This document shows positions 44,823-55,412 of a DNA stretch of 64,000 nt, in pieces. The notes under the pieces are model-generated. The model was not told the origin of the DNA and made no database searches. It was given only the letters and a program-made list of their open reading frames with translations. Each line of letters starts with the position of its first letter. Position 1 is the first letter of the stretch. The translations under genes and the position numbers were made by a program. The stretch comes from Cenarchaeum sp. (GTDB lineage: Archaea; Thermoproteota; Nitrososphaeria; Nitrososphaerales; Nitrosopumilaceae), in contig OZ242221.1 of the NCBI GenBank assembly GCA_965206845.1, forward strand, positions 96,001 to 160,000, given 5' to 3'.

Positions 44823-45704
44823 ATGCTGTCGGTCTGGTTCAGGGTAATTCGTGTCCGCTTTCTTCTGTCATCAGTGCTTGCAGTATCTGCAAGCCTTGCG
44901 ATAAACTGGTGGCTCCATTCATCGATTGACGTTTTTGATGCGGCTCTTACCATGGGCGGAGTCATGGCGCTGCATGCCAGCGTGGATCTGCTCAACGACT
45001 ACTGGGACTTTAAGCGCGGAATCGATACAAAGACGCAGCGCACAGGCATGAGTGGCGGAACAGGCGTCCTCCCCGAGGGGCTGCTCCAGCCCGCACAGGT
45101 GTACCGTGCCGGGATCATGTCCCTTGCAGCAGGAGTGGCAGTCGGGGCATATTTTGTCGTAACAGATGGATTCGTCATTGCCGTACTGCTGATCTTTGCT
45201 GTTGTCTCGATCTACTTTTACTCCACAAAGATCGTGGACTCGGGGCTGGCAGAGATATTTGTTGCAATAAAGGGAACATGTATCGTACTGGGGGCCTACT
45301 ATATCCAGGCAGGTGACATTCCGGTACCTGCAGCTCTGGGAGGAGTAGTGATCGGCATACTGTCAGCCATGGTCTTGCTCATCACATCATTTCCCGACCA
45401 CGATGCAGACAGATCCCAAGGCCGCAAGACGCTAGTGGTAGCTTGGGGAAGGAAGAGGGCCGCACGCGTCTTTTGGATATTTCCTGCAGCCGCCTATGGA
45501 GTTGTTCTGATATCGGTAGCCGCAGACATCTTCTCACCTCCGGTGCTGATCACGCTACTGGCAGCTCCAATAGTTCTCTGGTCCGGCATTGGCCTGCAGA
45601 AGAGCCTTGATGACGTCGGTAGAATCGTGCCCGTGATGAGCGCGACGCTCAAGTTTTCGAGGCTGGCAGGTGCACTGCTTGTGGCAGGTTTTCTGCTCTC
45701 GTGA
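44823..45704 (+). CDS. UbiA/MenA-family prenyltransferase
   Basis: NDYWDFKRGID and PDHDAD..GRKTL motifs; multiple TM segments. Confidence 0.88.
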   Translation: MLSVWFRVIRVRFLLSSVLAVSASLAINWWLHSSIDVFDAALTMGGVMALHASVDLLNDYWDFKRGIDTKTQRTGMSGGTGVLPEGLLQPAQVYRAGIMSLAAGVAVGAYFVVTDGFVIAVLLIFAVVSIYFYSTKIVDSGLAEIFVAIKGTCIVLGAYYIQAGDIPVPAALGGVVIGILSAMVLLITSFPDHDADRSQGRKTLVVAWGRKRAARVFWIFPAAAYGVVLISVAADIFSPPVLITLLAAPIVLWSGIGLQKSLDDVGRIVPVMSATLKFSRLAGALLVAGFLLS

Positions 45705-45846
45705 CAGGCGTAGCCGCCGATCCTCGTACGCCTACTGTAGCAGGTAGCCCGGACCTGCGCGCTACGGGACAGGAGTCCCGAAAGGGCCACTCTGGATGCG
45801 CGTGTCGGGCACGGATCGGAGATCTGGCGTACGGATCTGGCCACAT

Positions 45847-45972
45847 TTAGCCGGACTCTGTAAGATAATAGTGCAGCTCGGTATAACACTCATTGCAGTA
45901 CTCCTGGCTACCTGTGTGCTCGCAGTCATGAACCTTCTTCACGTCCTTCTTGCATTTTTTACAAACCGGCAC
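45847..45972 (-). CDS. Small Cys/His-rich zinc-binding protein (41 aa)
   Basis: GTG start; MPVCKKCKKDVKKVHDCEHTGSQEYCNECYTELHYYLTESG; TATA-like ttaaata ~25 nt upstream. Confidence 0.65.
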   Translation of the reverse strand: MPVCKKCKKDVKKVHDCEHTGSQEYCNECYTELHYYLTESG

Positions 45973-46065
45973 ACTCTGATCTGCAAACCGCGATATTTTA
46001 AGCCTGATCGTATCCGCCATGGCTACGGATCCGCAGAACGATCCAAATATGCAAGAATTTTGTGT

Positions 46066-46425
46066 TTAGAGCATGCGTTTGCCACGTGGGGCACTCTCCA
46101 GCTGCTTCTTCAGCTCGAGATTCTCCCTTTGAAGCTTGGAGTTCTCTGCCTGCAGCGTCGCAACTGAGTTCTGCCTGTTATACAGCGGGTGCCCTGGCGG
46201 AATGATCCCCGGGTTTGCCATGGTGAGCAGCCCGGCTGCATGCCTTTGAAGCATGCGGGTGTAGTCATCCAGTTTTGCTTGCGGAACGATCTCTTGTATC
46301 CCCTGTGGGCGAGGCATGAGTGGCTGATCTCTCACTCCCGGTGGCAGCCTAGGAAACTGCAGTGCCATAGATGTGATGGGATCCATGCCATAAAGGCCCA
46401 TCAAGTGTCTAGTAATGTGATCCAT
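46066..46425 (-). CDS. Hypothetical protein with C-terminal coiled coil
   Basis: NPGIIPPGHPL followed by the heptad LQAENSKLQRENLELKKQL. Confidence 0.65.
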   Translation of the reverse strand: MDHITRHLMGLYGMDPITSMALQFPRLPPGVRDQPLMPRPQGIQEIVPQAKLDDYTRMLQRHAAGLLTMANPGIIPPGHPLYNRQNSVATLQAENSKLQRENLELKKQLESAPRGKRML

Positions 46426-46581
46426 GTCTGGTCTACGGTTGTTGCCATATTTTTAGTTGTCTTGTCGGGAGCCGATCATCCCAGACCCGTAGACGCTGGA
46501 GCGCCAGCGGCTCCCGCATCAAGGCTGGGCGCATCAGCAATGATCTGTGTACGCCCGGCGACGCCATTCGGCGAGGCCGAC

Positions 46582-47382
46582 CTAGCCCACGTACTCGTAC
46601 ACGTTGTAGATGTCCCCGGTAAACCTCGAGCGGTACCGCCACTCGTTGTTCTTCCATATGATCCGCTTGAAGCGTTGCTGCATCGAAGGGTGCAGCCTGG
46701 TATAAACATCATGGCCCACAAGAATTTGATCCGGTTTTGCTTGGGCCTGTACCTTGGATGCGATGTTCATTGCAGGCCCCATCAGATCCACATGGGACTT
46801 GATGGGATCTCCACCGTATCGAACTACAATGTTCTTTCCAAAGTCTATGCCAATCTTTACCTTCAGGTCGGGGTAGTCATACTGGATCAGTACCGGATTG
46901 ATCCCCTTCTGGATTACACTAATCATGGATCTTGCGCACCCTACTGCGTTGTCTGATGCGATGAGCGGATTCCTCTCTGCCACAAAGTACGCAAGAACTG
47001 CATCGCCTATGAACTTGAGAACGTATCCGCCGTACTGTTTTACTACATACGCCATCTCCTGAGCAAAGGAGCTTATGATGATTGCCAGCTTGTCCTCGGG
47101 CATCTCCAGTGTCATGTTTGTAGATCCTACCAGATCTACATACAGCACCAGCATGTCTATTCTCGAAAAGACCCTGGATCGAAGGTACCTGTCGGACTCG
47201 TCCACCATGGGCGTGTACTCGTAGCCCTTCTTCAGGGCGGCCCAGACTCTCTTCTGGGTGTCCTTGATCAGTGAATCGACATCTCGAACCACCGAGCCGC
47301 GGCTTCCCAGAAGAACGTCTATCACGTTATACTCCGCGCCACTGCCCGGATCGTTTGTAGCGGAGTCTGATTCGTCAATCAT
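46582..47382 (-). CDS. Class III adenylate/guanylate cyclase domain protein
   Basis: YVDLVGST, KFIGDAV, KIGIDFG and DLMG..MNIASK motifs. Confidence 0.9.
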   Translation of the reverse strand: MIDESDSATNDPGSGAEYNVIDVLLGSRGSVVRDVDSLIKDTQKRVWAALKKGYEYTPMVDESDRYLRSRVFSRIDMLVLYVDLVGSTNMTLEMPEDKLAIIISSFAQEMAYVVKQYGGYVLKFIGDAVLAYFVAERNPLIASDNAVGCARSMISVIQKGINPVLIQYDYPDLKVKIGIDFGKNIVVRYGGDPIKSHVDLMGPAMNIASKVQAQAKPDQILVGHDVYTRLHPSMQQRFKRIIWKNNEWRYRSRFTGDIYNVYEYVG

Positions 47383-47391
47383 CTATAGCAT

Positions 47392-47514
47392 CTACTCCAG
47401 AGGAAAGTCATGGCTACACTCGGGGCATCGTCCCCTTCTGCCGTGATACTTGTCATTATAGTACTCCACAATATCCTTACCGCATTCGTTACAGACGGTG
47501 TGTGTACCTGACAT
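47392..47514 (-). CDS. Small zinc-ribbon protein (40 aa)
   Basis: MSGTHTVCNECGKDIVEYYNDKYHGRRGRCPECSHDFPLE; ends 9 bp upstream of the cyclase; TATA-like tataaata upstream. Confidence 0.7.
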   Translation of the reverse strand: MSGTHTVCNECGKDIVEYYNDKYHGRRGRCPECSHDFPLE

Positions 47515-47844
47515 AGCTCACCTAAACCCCGTTTCTATTTATATTAAAATGATGGCCACATTAAATGTCTGTTACACCGCATCTGGTGTGAGGGTTCATA
47601 GTGTATGGGATCGCCTGCCGTACCGGGCCAGACGCGCAAGCCTGAGACATGATCCGCAATTAAGAATCGAGCCTTCGATGCCCATAATCTTACAGATGTG
47701 TGCTCCAAAGCATGCAACTTTCGTATGATTGTGCCAAAGATCATGCTCTAATGTGCTTGCGTGCTAATTACGAATCACACCTCTGCGCCCAAGCCAAGGG
47801 GAACTGGTTCTGTGTAGTGTGGCCGGTGCAAGGTTTAATGCCGG

Positions 47845-48716
47845 TTGCCGCGCAGGACGTACGTGCGACTGGGCAGCAAGACACCTGATAAATTCATGGA
47901 GGAGCTTGGCTCCAGAAGCTTGGGAGTTCAGGATCTGTTTGCTGACCGCATCAAGGAGCTGACCAGGATGGTGCCTGCCAGAGTGATGCTAGGAGATAGC
48001 ACGGTAACCGAGCAGGACACCTTTGATCCTGAAGGCGTACGCCGGTTCCTCGGAGACGTAGTACGGGATTTTGACGGATGGACGGTACATGACGTGACCG
48101 TATCCAGTAACGAGGACATCCGCAGGGTATTTGCAAAGTTCGGTGTGCATGAAGGAAGCTACCGGCTGTCGGGGCACATGTCTGTGCAGTTTCACGTCCT
48201 GCTGTACTACAGGCCGGATCATCGCGTGGTGGAGTGCCAGAAGGAGCTCTCAGAGATAATCGACGTGACAAAAGAAGGCCAGAAGGGCATGGCAGAGCTG
48301 GGGGATCGCCTGATCGTCGAGAAGCTAAGGGAGATGGGGTACGACGACCCCGACCACCAGAAGCTCTTTGAGATATTTTATGAGAACGACGCCGTGCTAG
48401 AGAAGATACATAACAGCATACAGAGCAGTGTTGACACTGACTTTATCGAGCTGGAGAGAAGAAAGTCCAATCTCTTCCGGGAGCTGGACAGTCTCCTAGT
48501 GGAGACGTACCAGACATCGCATGTACTCATAGACGACACACGGCTGGTGGCAGGCGAGGAGGGATACCTGTGCACTCTGGACCTAGAGTACATCAAGAAC
48601 AAAATCCTGAAGGGCTCTTTGATGCAAGAAAGATACCTGCTCGCGTCCGGCAGGCTTTGAGCGACAGGCTGGAACAGGTCAAAACTGCCATCAGCAGGCA
48701 GAACGGCAACCCATAG
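47845..48716 (+). CDS. Hypothetical protein with probable frameshift near 48605
   Basis: 271-aa ORF; the alternative frame continues EGLFDARKIP..LSDRLEQVK to TAG 48716. Confidence 0.6.
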
Positions 48717-48766
48717 ATGTTGACTGGTCAGAACAAATCAAATATACCGCATAGGATCAGAGAGGC

Positions 48767-49978
48767 TTGATGGATCTAAGCTACGACGAAATTCAGAAGG
48801 CCAGCAGGCTGAGGGGAAACGATATCAAGAAGACGCCCCTGATTCACTCACCAACATTCAGCTACATGACCGGCTCCGAGGTGTACCTCAAGGCGGAGTA
48901 CCAGCAGAAGACCGGCTCCTTCAAGATCCGAGGCGCCTACTATAAGGTAAAGTCGCTGCCGGCAGAGGAGAAGAAGAACGGCGTAGTTGCTGCATCGGCA
49001 GGCAACCATGCGCAAGGCGTGGCGTATGCAGCCTCAATAGAGAAGATCCCGTGCACGATCGTAATGCCCAAGTCTGCATCTCCCGCAAAGGTGGCAGCCA
49101 CACGGGGGTACGGTGCACAGGTCATACTGTATGGAAAGAACTATGACGAGTCATGGGCCATGGCAAGGCAGATATCCCGTGATACCGGCGCGGCCATAAT
49201 TCACGCATTTGACGATCCATACATAATTGCGGCTCAGGGAGCCATTGGACTTGAGATTCTAGAAGACCTACCTGACGTGGAAGAGGTATACGTGCCGGTG
49301 GGCGGAGGCGGGCTTGCCGCCGGTGTCTTGACGGCGATAAAGACTGGACACCCGGATGTCCGTGTGATTGGGGTGCAGTCCAGCTCATTTCCAGCAATGT
49401 ACGACTCGGTACAGGCAGACAGGCTCACCGAGTCCGGCGGCCAGCGCACCATTGCAGACGGCATCTCAGTTAGAAAGCCTGGCAAAATCACTTTTGATGT
49501 GATCCGCAGACTGATCGACGACATGGTGCTGGTGGATGACTCGGAGATAATCAATGCCATGTTCTTGCTTTTGGAGCGATTAAAAGTGGTGGTGGAGCCT
49601 GCTGGAGCGGCTAGTCTGGCTTACTTGCTGTCACACAAGCCAGCTCCGGGAAAAAAGGTGGTTGCCATTCTGGCCGGTGGCAACGTAGACATGTACTTGC
49701 TGGGACAGATAGTGGACAAGGGCCTGGCCGCTGCAGGCAGGCTGCTGAAGATCTCGATACTGCTCCCCGATGTTCCGGGCGCACTGAAAGATCTGGTGGA
49801 TGAGATATCGCTTGCCAACGCAAACATAGTCGAGGTGTTCCACGACAGGCTCAGCTCCGACATCAGCGCAGGCTCTGCGGGCGTTACACTCAGCCTAGAG
49901 ACCCAGGGCAAAAAGAACGCAGATCTTCTGATAAGCAAGCTTCGGGAGAAGAAGATCAGCTTCAGGCTGCTCACATAA
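48767..49978 (+). CDS. ilvA: Threonine ammonia-lyase with C-terminal ACT domain
   Basis: KTGSFKIRGA PLP lysine, SAGNHAQG, VGGGGL and GGNVD motifs. Confidence 0.93.
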   Translation: MMDLSYDEIQKASRLRGNDIKKTPLIHSPTFSYMTGSEVYLKAEYQQKTGSFKIRGAYYKVKSLPAEEKKNGVVAASAGNHAQGVAYAASIEKIPCTIVMPKSASPAKVAATRGYGAQVILYGKNYDESWAMARQISRDTGAAIIHAFDDPYIIAAQGAIGLEILEDLPDVEEVYVPVGGGGLAAGVLTAIKTGHPDVRVIGVQSSSFPAMYDSVQADRLTESGGQRTIADGISVRKPGKITFDVIRRLIDDMVLVDDSEIINAMFLLLERLKVVVEPAGAASLAYLLSHKPAPGKKVVAILAGGNVDMYLLGQIVDKGLAAAGRLLKISILLPDVPGALKDLVDEISLANANIVEVFHDRLSSDISAGSAGVTLSLETQGKKNADLLISKLREKKISFRLLT

Positions 49979-49979
49979 G

Positions 49980-50531
49980 CTACGCCAGAAACTCTGACAA
50001 TCCCTTTTTCTGCATCTCCTGGGACTCGGCCACCACGCGGTCGTGCTGCTCTGTTTTGTGGTTCTGCAGCTTACTGCGTATATCAGGAGAGTGTACCGCC
50101 AGTATCTTCATGGCGTATATGGCCGCGTTTGCCGCTTTGTTGATGCCGACGCATGCCACCGGAGAGCCGGTGGGCATCTCAGATATGGAGAGAAGCGAGT
50201 CCAGTCCTCCAAAGGCGGACGCCATGGGGCCGCCTGGATTCTTGTCGTTGTATACCATGATTGGAACGCCGATTACCGGGATTGTGGTGTATGATGCGAT
50301 CATTCCGGGCAGGTGCGCGGCACCGCCGGCTCCCGCTATTATCACCTTGATGCCTGCATCCTCCGCATGTTTAGCGTACTCTGACAGCCTTGCCGGTGTC
50401 CGGTGCGCCGAGACCACCTGATCCTCGTGGGGTACCCCAAATTGGTCAAGTGTCTGGGTTGCCTGTACCATGATGCGGCCGTCGGATACGGATCCCATGA
50501 TTACGCCAATCTGTGGTCCATCGGACTGCAT
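49980..50531 (-). CDS. purE: N5-CAIR mutase
   Basis: IMGS.SD, SAHRTP, AGAGGAAHLPG and GLDSLLS motifs. Confidence 0.95.
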   Translation of the reverse strand: MQSDGPQIGVIMGSVSDGRIMVQATQTLDQFGVPHEDQVVSAHRTPARLSEYAKHAEDAGIKVIIAGAGGAAHLPGMIASYTTIPVIGVPIMVYNDKNPGGPMASAFGGLDSLLSISEMPTGSPVACVGINKAANAAIYAMKILAVHSPDIRSKLQNHKTEQHDRVVAESQEMQKKGLSEFLA

Positions 50532-50883
50532 TATGATATTCTAATCTATCTACAGATATTAAAGATAAGTGTCGATCCGGCGGCAGGAGACCAGCTAACC
50601 CAAAGGCAGTCTGAAAGAGCACGAACACGCCAACAACACCGTCTCTCTGTCCATGTTCAATGCCGCGGCATGTGGGGGAGCGATTCTAGGAGGCGCCAGG
50701 TGCTGCATTCGGCAGAGAACCGCACCACTTGGCACCACTGCACAAATTCCACCACCCTCCTGCCTAACAGGAGAGTACACACTCAGGCCCGGTGTCTGCG
50801 TAGGCACGAAAAAACGCCGCATACTGCAAAATCACGCCTAGAAACGAAAGGGATCTGAGTGCATACACAGGAGACCTTGGTAG

Positions 50884-50892
50884 GTATATAAT
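50884..50892 (+). promoter_or_regulatory. TATA box of the ribosomal protein operon
   Basis: gtatataat ~27 nt upstream of the rpl3 ATG. Confidence 0.6.
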
Positions 50893-50918
50893 ACGGCAGG
50901 CGTCATTTTTCGTTTGTC

Positions 50919-51902
50919 ATGGGACATCGGAAGCACAGCCAACCCCGCAGGGGAAGCATGGCATACTATCCCCGGGTGCGCGCCAGAAGAATGTGGGCGC
51001 GCATAAGAGGCTGGCCCGAGATTGAGTCCTCACAGTCCCAGATGCTGGCTCACGTCGGGTTCAAAGCAGGCTGCGTTCAGATTGTAAGTATTGACGACCG
51101 GGAGCATGTCCCAAACCGCGGAAAGCAGCTGGTAACACTGGGCACCGTGATTGTAACTCCGCCGGTAACCGTAATGGGAGTCCGCGGATACTCCAAGGAT
51201 GCCTACGGCATGCATGCAGAGTTTGACGTGATGGCAGATGATGTCCCAAAAAAGATCTCAAAGTATACCGAGATCAGGGGCGGTACGCCACTGGATGTTG
51301 CTAGAAAGATGCTGCCAAGGATAACCGAGATCTTTGCGCTAATAGCAGTGTCACCCCGGGCCGCAGGCTTGGAGCAAAAAAAACCATACATGTTTGAGAG
51401 CCCCATCAGATGCGGCAGTGTCGAGTCCCAGTTTGCGTTTGGAGTGGAGCGCCTGGGAAAGGAGATAAAGTTTGGCGACGTCTTTCAGACCGGCGCCATG
51501 GTAGATGTTGGGGCCATCACCAAAGGCAAGGGATGGCAGGGTGTAATTCAGAGGATGGGCGTAAAGCGCAAGCAGCACAAATCCCGCAAGACAGTAAGGG
51601 AGGTTGGCTCGCTGGGCCCCATATCTCCCCAGAGTGTAATGTATACTGTACCACGGGCAGGCCAGATGGGATTCCACCAGCGTGTTGAGTACAGCAAGAG
51701 GATTATGATAATCGGAAACACCGAAGAAGGTGCCGTAGGCCCGCCAGGAGGATTCAAGCACTTTGGGGACGTGAAGGGCGACTATATCATAGTAAAGGGA
51801 TCTGTTCCCGGGACATACCGCCGAATGATAAAGATAAGATCACCCATCAGAAACATACCTGCCAAGGTTCTCAAGCCAAACATACTAGAGGTCGTGACAT
51901 GA
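50919..51902 (+). CDS. rpl3: 50S ribosomal protein uL3
   Basis: PRRGSMAYYPR, TKGKGWQG and PRAGQMGFHQR motifs. Confidence 0.97.
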   Translation: MGHRKHSQPRRGSMAYYPRVRARRMWARIRGWPEIESSQSQMLAHVGFKAGCVQIVSIDDREHVPNRGKQLVTLGTVIVTPPVTVMGVRGYSKDAYGMHAEFDVMADDVPKKISKYTEIRGGTPLDVARKMLPRITEIFALIAVSPRAAGLEQKKPYMFESPIRCGSVESQFAFGVERLGKEIKFGDVFQTGAMVDVGAITKGKGWQGVIQRMGVKRKQHKSRKTVREVGSLGPISPQSVMYTVPRAGQMGFHQRVEYSKRIMIIGNTEEGAVGPPGGFKHFGDVKGDYIIVKGSVPGTYRRMIKIRSPIRNIPAKVLKPNILEVVT

Positions 51903-52708
51903 GCGTACCGGTATATTCGATAACGGGAACAAAGGAGGGCGAGATCGAGCTTCCGCCGGTGTTTCAGACGCCCTACAGGTATGATATAATACACAAGGCC
52001 CACACCAGCTTGTACTCACACGGATTTCAGCCAAAGGGAGTTCACCCCACGGCGGGCCAGGACGTATCCGCAGACAGTCTGGATCCGCCCACGGGACACG
52101 GCCGGTCCAGAGTTGCAAGGATCCGCGGGGGCGGAAGAAGACAGGGCCAGGCAGCAGAGGTGGCATCCACGCGCGGTGGAAGGCAAGCACACCCGCCAAA
52201 ATCCCAGAAGGTTATTTACAAAAAGCTGAACAAAAAAGAGAACAGGCTGGCGCTGTGTTCTGCCATTGCTGCCACTGCCTCAAGAGAGATAGTCGAGTCC
52301 CGCGGTCACAAAACCGACGGCATACAATCGCTTCCCATCGTAGTGTCAGATGATGCCGAGTCAATCTCAAAGACAAAGGACCTGGCACGGATGCTAGACG
52401 CGCTGGGCTTGAGTCCAGACATGGCGCGTCTTGAGAGCAGAAAGGCCCGCTCCGGAAAGCCATTGCTGCGTGGAAGATCCAAAAAGACCGGCAAGAGTGC
52501 CCTGCTTGTGGTCAAGTCGCCAGAACTGCTCTCCCGGGCCTGCGGCACCCTTGCTGGCATCCAGGCAGCAGACGTACGGAACATATCTGTGCTGGATCTG
52601 GCCCCAGGATCGGCTCCTGCAAGGCTTGTAGTGTACACAAGGGGGGCAATAGAAGAGCTGACAAAGATACAGTCTCCACATCTGGAGCTGATGGTGACGA
52701 TGGGATGA
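51899..52708 (+). CDS. rpl4: 50S ribosomal protein uL4
   Basis: TRGGRQAHPP, KLNKKE and DLAPG..PARL motifs. Confidence 0.97.
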   Translation: MSVPVYSITGTKEGEIELPPVFQTPYRYDIIHKAHTSLYSHGFQPKGVHPTAGQDVSADSLDPPTGHGRSRVARIRGGGRRQGQAAEVASTRGGRQAHPPKSQKVIYKKLNKKENRLALCSAIAATASREIVESRGHKTDGIQSLPIVVSDDAESISKTKDLARMLDALGLSPDMARLESRKARSGKPLLRGRSKKTGKSALLVVKSPELLSRACGTLAGIQAADVRNISVLDLAPGSAPARLVVYTRGAIEELTKIQSPHLELMVTMG

Positions 52709-52971
52709 ATGTAGAGCAGGCATACAGAGTAATACTCGGAACCCATACCACGGAGAAGACTTTTCCCATGGTGGAGAACGAAGGCAAGATCTGTTTTATT
52801 GTGGAGCGGAATGCCACCAAGAACAAGATTGCAGAGGCGGTAAGGGCATTGTACGAGCAGGACGCAATACGCATCAACACTGCTAGAACCGTACGGGGCA
52901 AAAAGGCCTTTGTAAAATTCAAGGATGTAGGTGTCGCAAGAGATCTTGCCACAAAGATGGGAATGCTATAA
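52705..52971 (+). CDS. rpl23: 50S ribosomal protein uL23
   Basis: TEK..., KKAFVK motifs; operon position. Confidence 0.95.
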   Translation: MNVEQAYRVILGTHTTEKTFPMVENEGKICFIVERNATKNKIAEAVRALYEQDAIRINTARTVRGKKAFVKFKDVGVARDLATKMGML

Positions 52972-53013
52972 TAATGGCGGAGCTGAGCGCGTTCTTATAA
53001 CGGTGAAGATGGC

Positions 53014-53409
53014 ATGGTAAGAAAATTCGAGTACAGGGGAATAGAACAGGCGGAGCTTGAAGCGCTCCCGCTGACAAAGATCTTTGAGCTCTTCAACTCT
53101 AGGCAGAGGCGTTCACTGACTAGGGGCATTACAGACGGCAAGAGAAAACTGATCGAGGAGATCAAGTCAGCCAAGGCAGGAAAAGAGGCAGGCCCCATCA
53201 AAACCCACGTTCGGGACCTCATCGTACTGCCATATATGGTCGGGGCCACGATCCAGGTGTACTCGGGAAAAGAGTTTCAGCCTGTTACCATATCCGTAGA
53301 GATGATCGGTCACTATATCGGAGAATATGTAATTACAAACAAAAGGGTAAACCACGGAGCCCCTGGCGTAGGGGCGTCAAGGTCTAGCCTGTATGTGCCG
53401 CTGAAGTGA
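53014..53409 (+). CDS. rps19: 30S ribosomal protein uS19
   Basis: IKTHVRD, EMIGHYIGE and HGAPGVGASRSS motifs. Confidence 0.97.
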   Translation: MVRKFEYRGIEQAELEALPLTKIFELFNSRQRRSLTRGITDGKRKLIEEIKSAKAGKEAGPIKTHVRDLIVLPYMVGATIQVYSGKEFQPVTISVEMIGHYIGEYVITNKRVNHGAPGVGASRSSLYVPLK

Positions 53410-53415
53410 TCAGAT

Positions 53416-53874
53416 ATGGGAGACTACGGATATGCCTTTGAATCATTTGACCCGAAAATCCATGTCCGAGCATCCATGAGGGAGCGGCAGATATCGCACA
53501 AACATGCAAGGGAGATTGCAGTACACATCAAAGGCTCATCCACAGAAAAGGCGCGGGACTTTCTGTTGGCAGTGATAAACCTTGAGAGGGCCGTGCCGTT
53601 TCGAAGATACAAAACACAGGTGGGCCACAAGTCCGATCCAGGCGTAATGTCTGGAAGGTACCCGCAAAAGGCCGCAAAAGAGTTCATCAAGCTGCTGGAC
53701 AACTTGGAGACCAACGCAGAATACAAAGGAATGGACACGGACAGGTTGCAGATCATAAACGCAACGGTTCACAAGGGGATAAAGATCCGTCGGTTCATCC
53801 CCCGTGCCTTTGGCAGGGCGACACCCAAGAACAACATACTTACCCATGTGGAACTGGTGGCGCGGGAGAAGTAG
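53416..53874 (+). CDS. rpl22: 50S ribosomal protein uL22
   Basis: GRYPQK, NAEYKG and PRAFGRATP motifs. Confidence 0.97.
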   Translation: MGDYGYAFESFDPKIHVRASMRERQISHKHAREIAVHIKGSSTEKARDFLLAVINLERAVPFRRYKTQVGHKSDPGVMSGRYPQKAAKEFIKLLDNLETNAEYKGMDTDRLQIINATVHKGIKIRRFIPRAFGRATPKNNILTHVELVAREK

Positions 53875-53876
53875 GC

Positions 53877-54626
53877 ATGTCGGCGGTAAAGAGCGTAATC
53901 AAGGACAACTACAACATGATGTTGCTCCGGGACTATCTCCGCGAGAAGATCAAGGAGTCGGGGTTCTCTCACGCCAGTATCTCAAAGTCACCCACTGGCA
54001 CCAAGATTATTTTGCATGTTACGAGGCCGGGAATAGTCATAGGGCGGAAAGGGTCAAGCATTAGGGAGCTTACAGAGAGATTAGCAACGGACTTTGGGCT
54101 GAAGAACCCCCAAATTACCGTGAACGAAATTCCACAACCCGAGCTCTCGCCAAGCGTGATGTGCAACAGAATGGCAGCGCACTTGGAACGTGGAACTGCC
54201 TTCAGGCGGGCCACCATGTGGACCATGCAGCAGATCATGCAGAGCGGTGCCAGAGGAGTCCAGATCTCGATATCCGGAAAGCTGCGGGGTGACAGATCCG
54301 CGTTTGAAAAGCACACCCAGGGGATACTGCCCAGGGCCGGCCAGACGGCCAAGGACATAGTATCTGAGGACGTGGTGCATGTGAAGACCCCCATGGGACT
54401 CATCGGCATCAAGATACGAATTGCCATCGAAAAGAACTACATACCCGACTTTAAGATGAAAGCCCACAAGCCAGAACCGGTCAAGACAGTTGCTCCGGAA
54501 CCGGTCGGTGCCGATACGACAGAGCCTGCCAGGCCGGTAGCCAAGACCGAGTCTGAACATACGGCCATAGGGGAGAGCAGGATAAAGGAGATCGACATTG
54601 AAGTGAAGGCGGAGATCAAGCAATGA
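53877..54626 (+). CDS. rps3: 30S ribosomal protein uS3
   Basis: [12 protein letters not shown] domain, FRRA and SGKL motifs. Confidence 0.97.
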   Translation: MSAVKSVIKDNYNMMLLRDYLREKIKESGFSHASISKSPTGTKIILHVTRPGIVIGRKGSSIRELTERLATDFGLKNPQITVNEIPQPELSPSVMCNRMAAHLERGTAFRRATMWTMQQIMQSGARGVQISISGKLRGDRSAFEKHTQGILPRAGQTAKDIVSEDVVHVKTPMGLIGIKIRIAIEKNYIPDFKMKAHKPEPVKTVAPEPVGADTTEPARPVAKTESEHTAIGESRIKEIDIEVKAEIKQ

Positions 54627-54826
54627 GTCGCGTCAGGATGAAAGCCATCAGGGAGATGAGCGAGGAAGACATCAAGGACAGGATCCAAGAGTTCCGCACG
54701 GAGCTGCTAAAGCTGCGAACCAACGCTGCCAGCGGCACGCTTCGCAAAGACAGTGGCAGGATCAGGCCGCTGCGGCGAGACATTGCCAGGATGAAGACCA
54801 GGCTAAACGAGATGAAGAAGAGATGA
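54623..54826 (+). CDS. rpl29: 50S ribosomal protein uL29
   Basis: IREMS..., RRDIARMKT. Confidence 0.93.
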   Translation: MSRVRMKAIREMSEEDIKDRIQEFRTELLKLRTNAASGTLRKDSGRIRPLRRDIARMKTRLNEMKKR

Positions 54827-55086
54827 TCACGGTAGAGAATATTGCGTCCCACGAGCTTGTAGGACTGCACGCGCAAGTTACAGGCTCGTCCAACAAGTGC
54901 CTGATCGGGTTGCAGGGCGTTGTGGCAGACGAGACAAAGTCCATGCTCTGCCTCAGGGACGGCCGCCGCAGGATAATGGTTCCCAAGGCGCACAGCACAT
55001 GGAGGTTTACGGTGAGGGGCTGCCGCATTGTGCTTGATGGCAGCATGATTCAAAAGAGACCGCACGAGAGGTTGGGAAGAAGATGA
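54823..55086 (+). CDS. rnp1: Ribonuclease P protein subunit p29
   Basis: HELVGL, GLQGVVADET, VPK and RPHER motifs; operon position. Confidence 0.92.
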   Translation: MITVENIASHELVGLHAQVTGSSNKCLIGLQGVVADETKSMLCLRDGRRRIMVPKAHSTWRFTVRGCRIVLDGSMIQKRPHERLGRR

Positions 55087-55412
55087 CACGAAATATCGGA
55101 CTGCCGGTAAAAGATCCGGGCCGCAACGCGGATGCCGGCGACGCAAAGAACCCATTCAACGGTACCTTGTCGGTAAGGGGCAAGCTCTTTGAGGGCACCG
55201 TGGTAAGGGCCTCTGCAAAAAACACGATAGTCATAGAGAAAGAGTCCCCCATCTATTTTACCAAATTCAAGAGATATGCCAGGGCCAAGAGCAGGATCCA
55301 TGCCCATGTGCCGTCCAACCTACAGGTAAGTGAGGGCGATCGGGTTCTGGCTGCTGAGTGCAGGCCACTTGCCAAGTCAGTATCGTTTGTTGTAGTGGAG
55401 GTTCGAAGCTAG
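55083..55412 (+). CDS. rps17: 30S ribosomal protein uS17
   Basis: NPFNG.LSVRG and AECRPLAKSVSF motifs. Confidence 0.95.
   Translation: MTRNIGLPVKDPGRNADAGDAKNPFNGTLSVRGKLFEGTVVRASAKNTIVIEKESPIYFTKFKRYARAKSRIHAHVPSNLQVSEGDRVLAAECRPLAKSVSFVVVEVRS

Noticed and set aside
52972-53013. rpl2 absent between rpl23 and rps19, and cluster ending after rpl6
   Set aside because: Split ribosomal clusters are, to my knowledge, normal in Nitrosopumilaceae; no evidence of loss.
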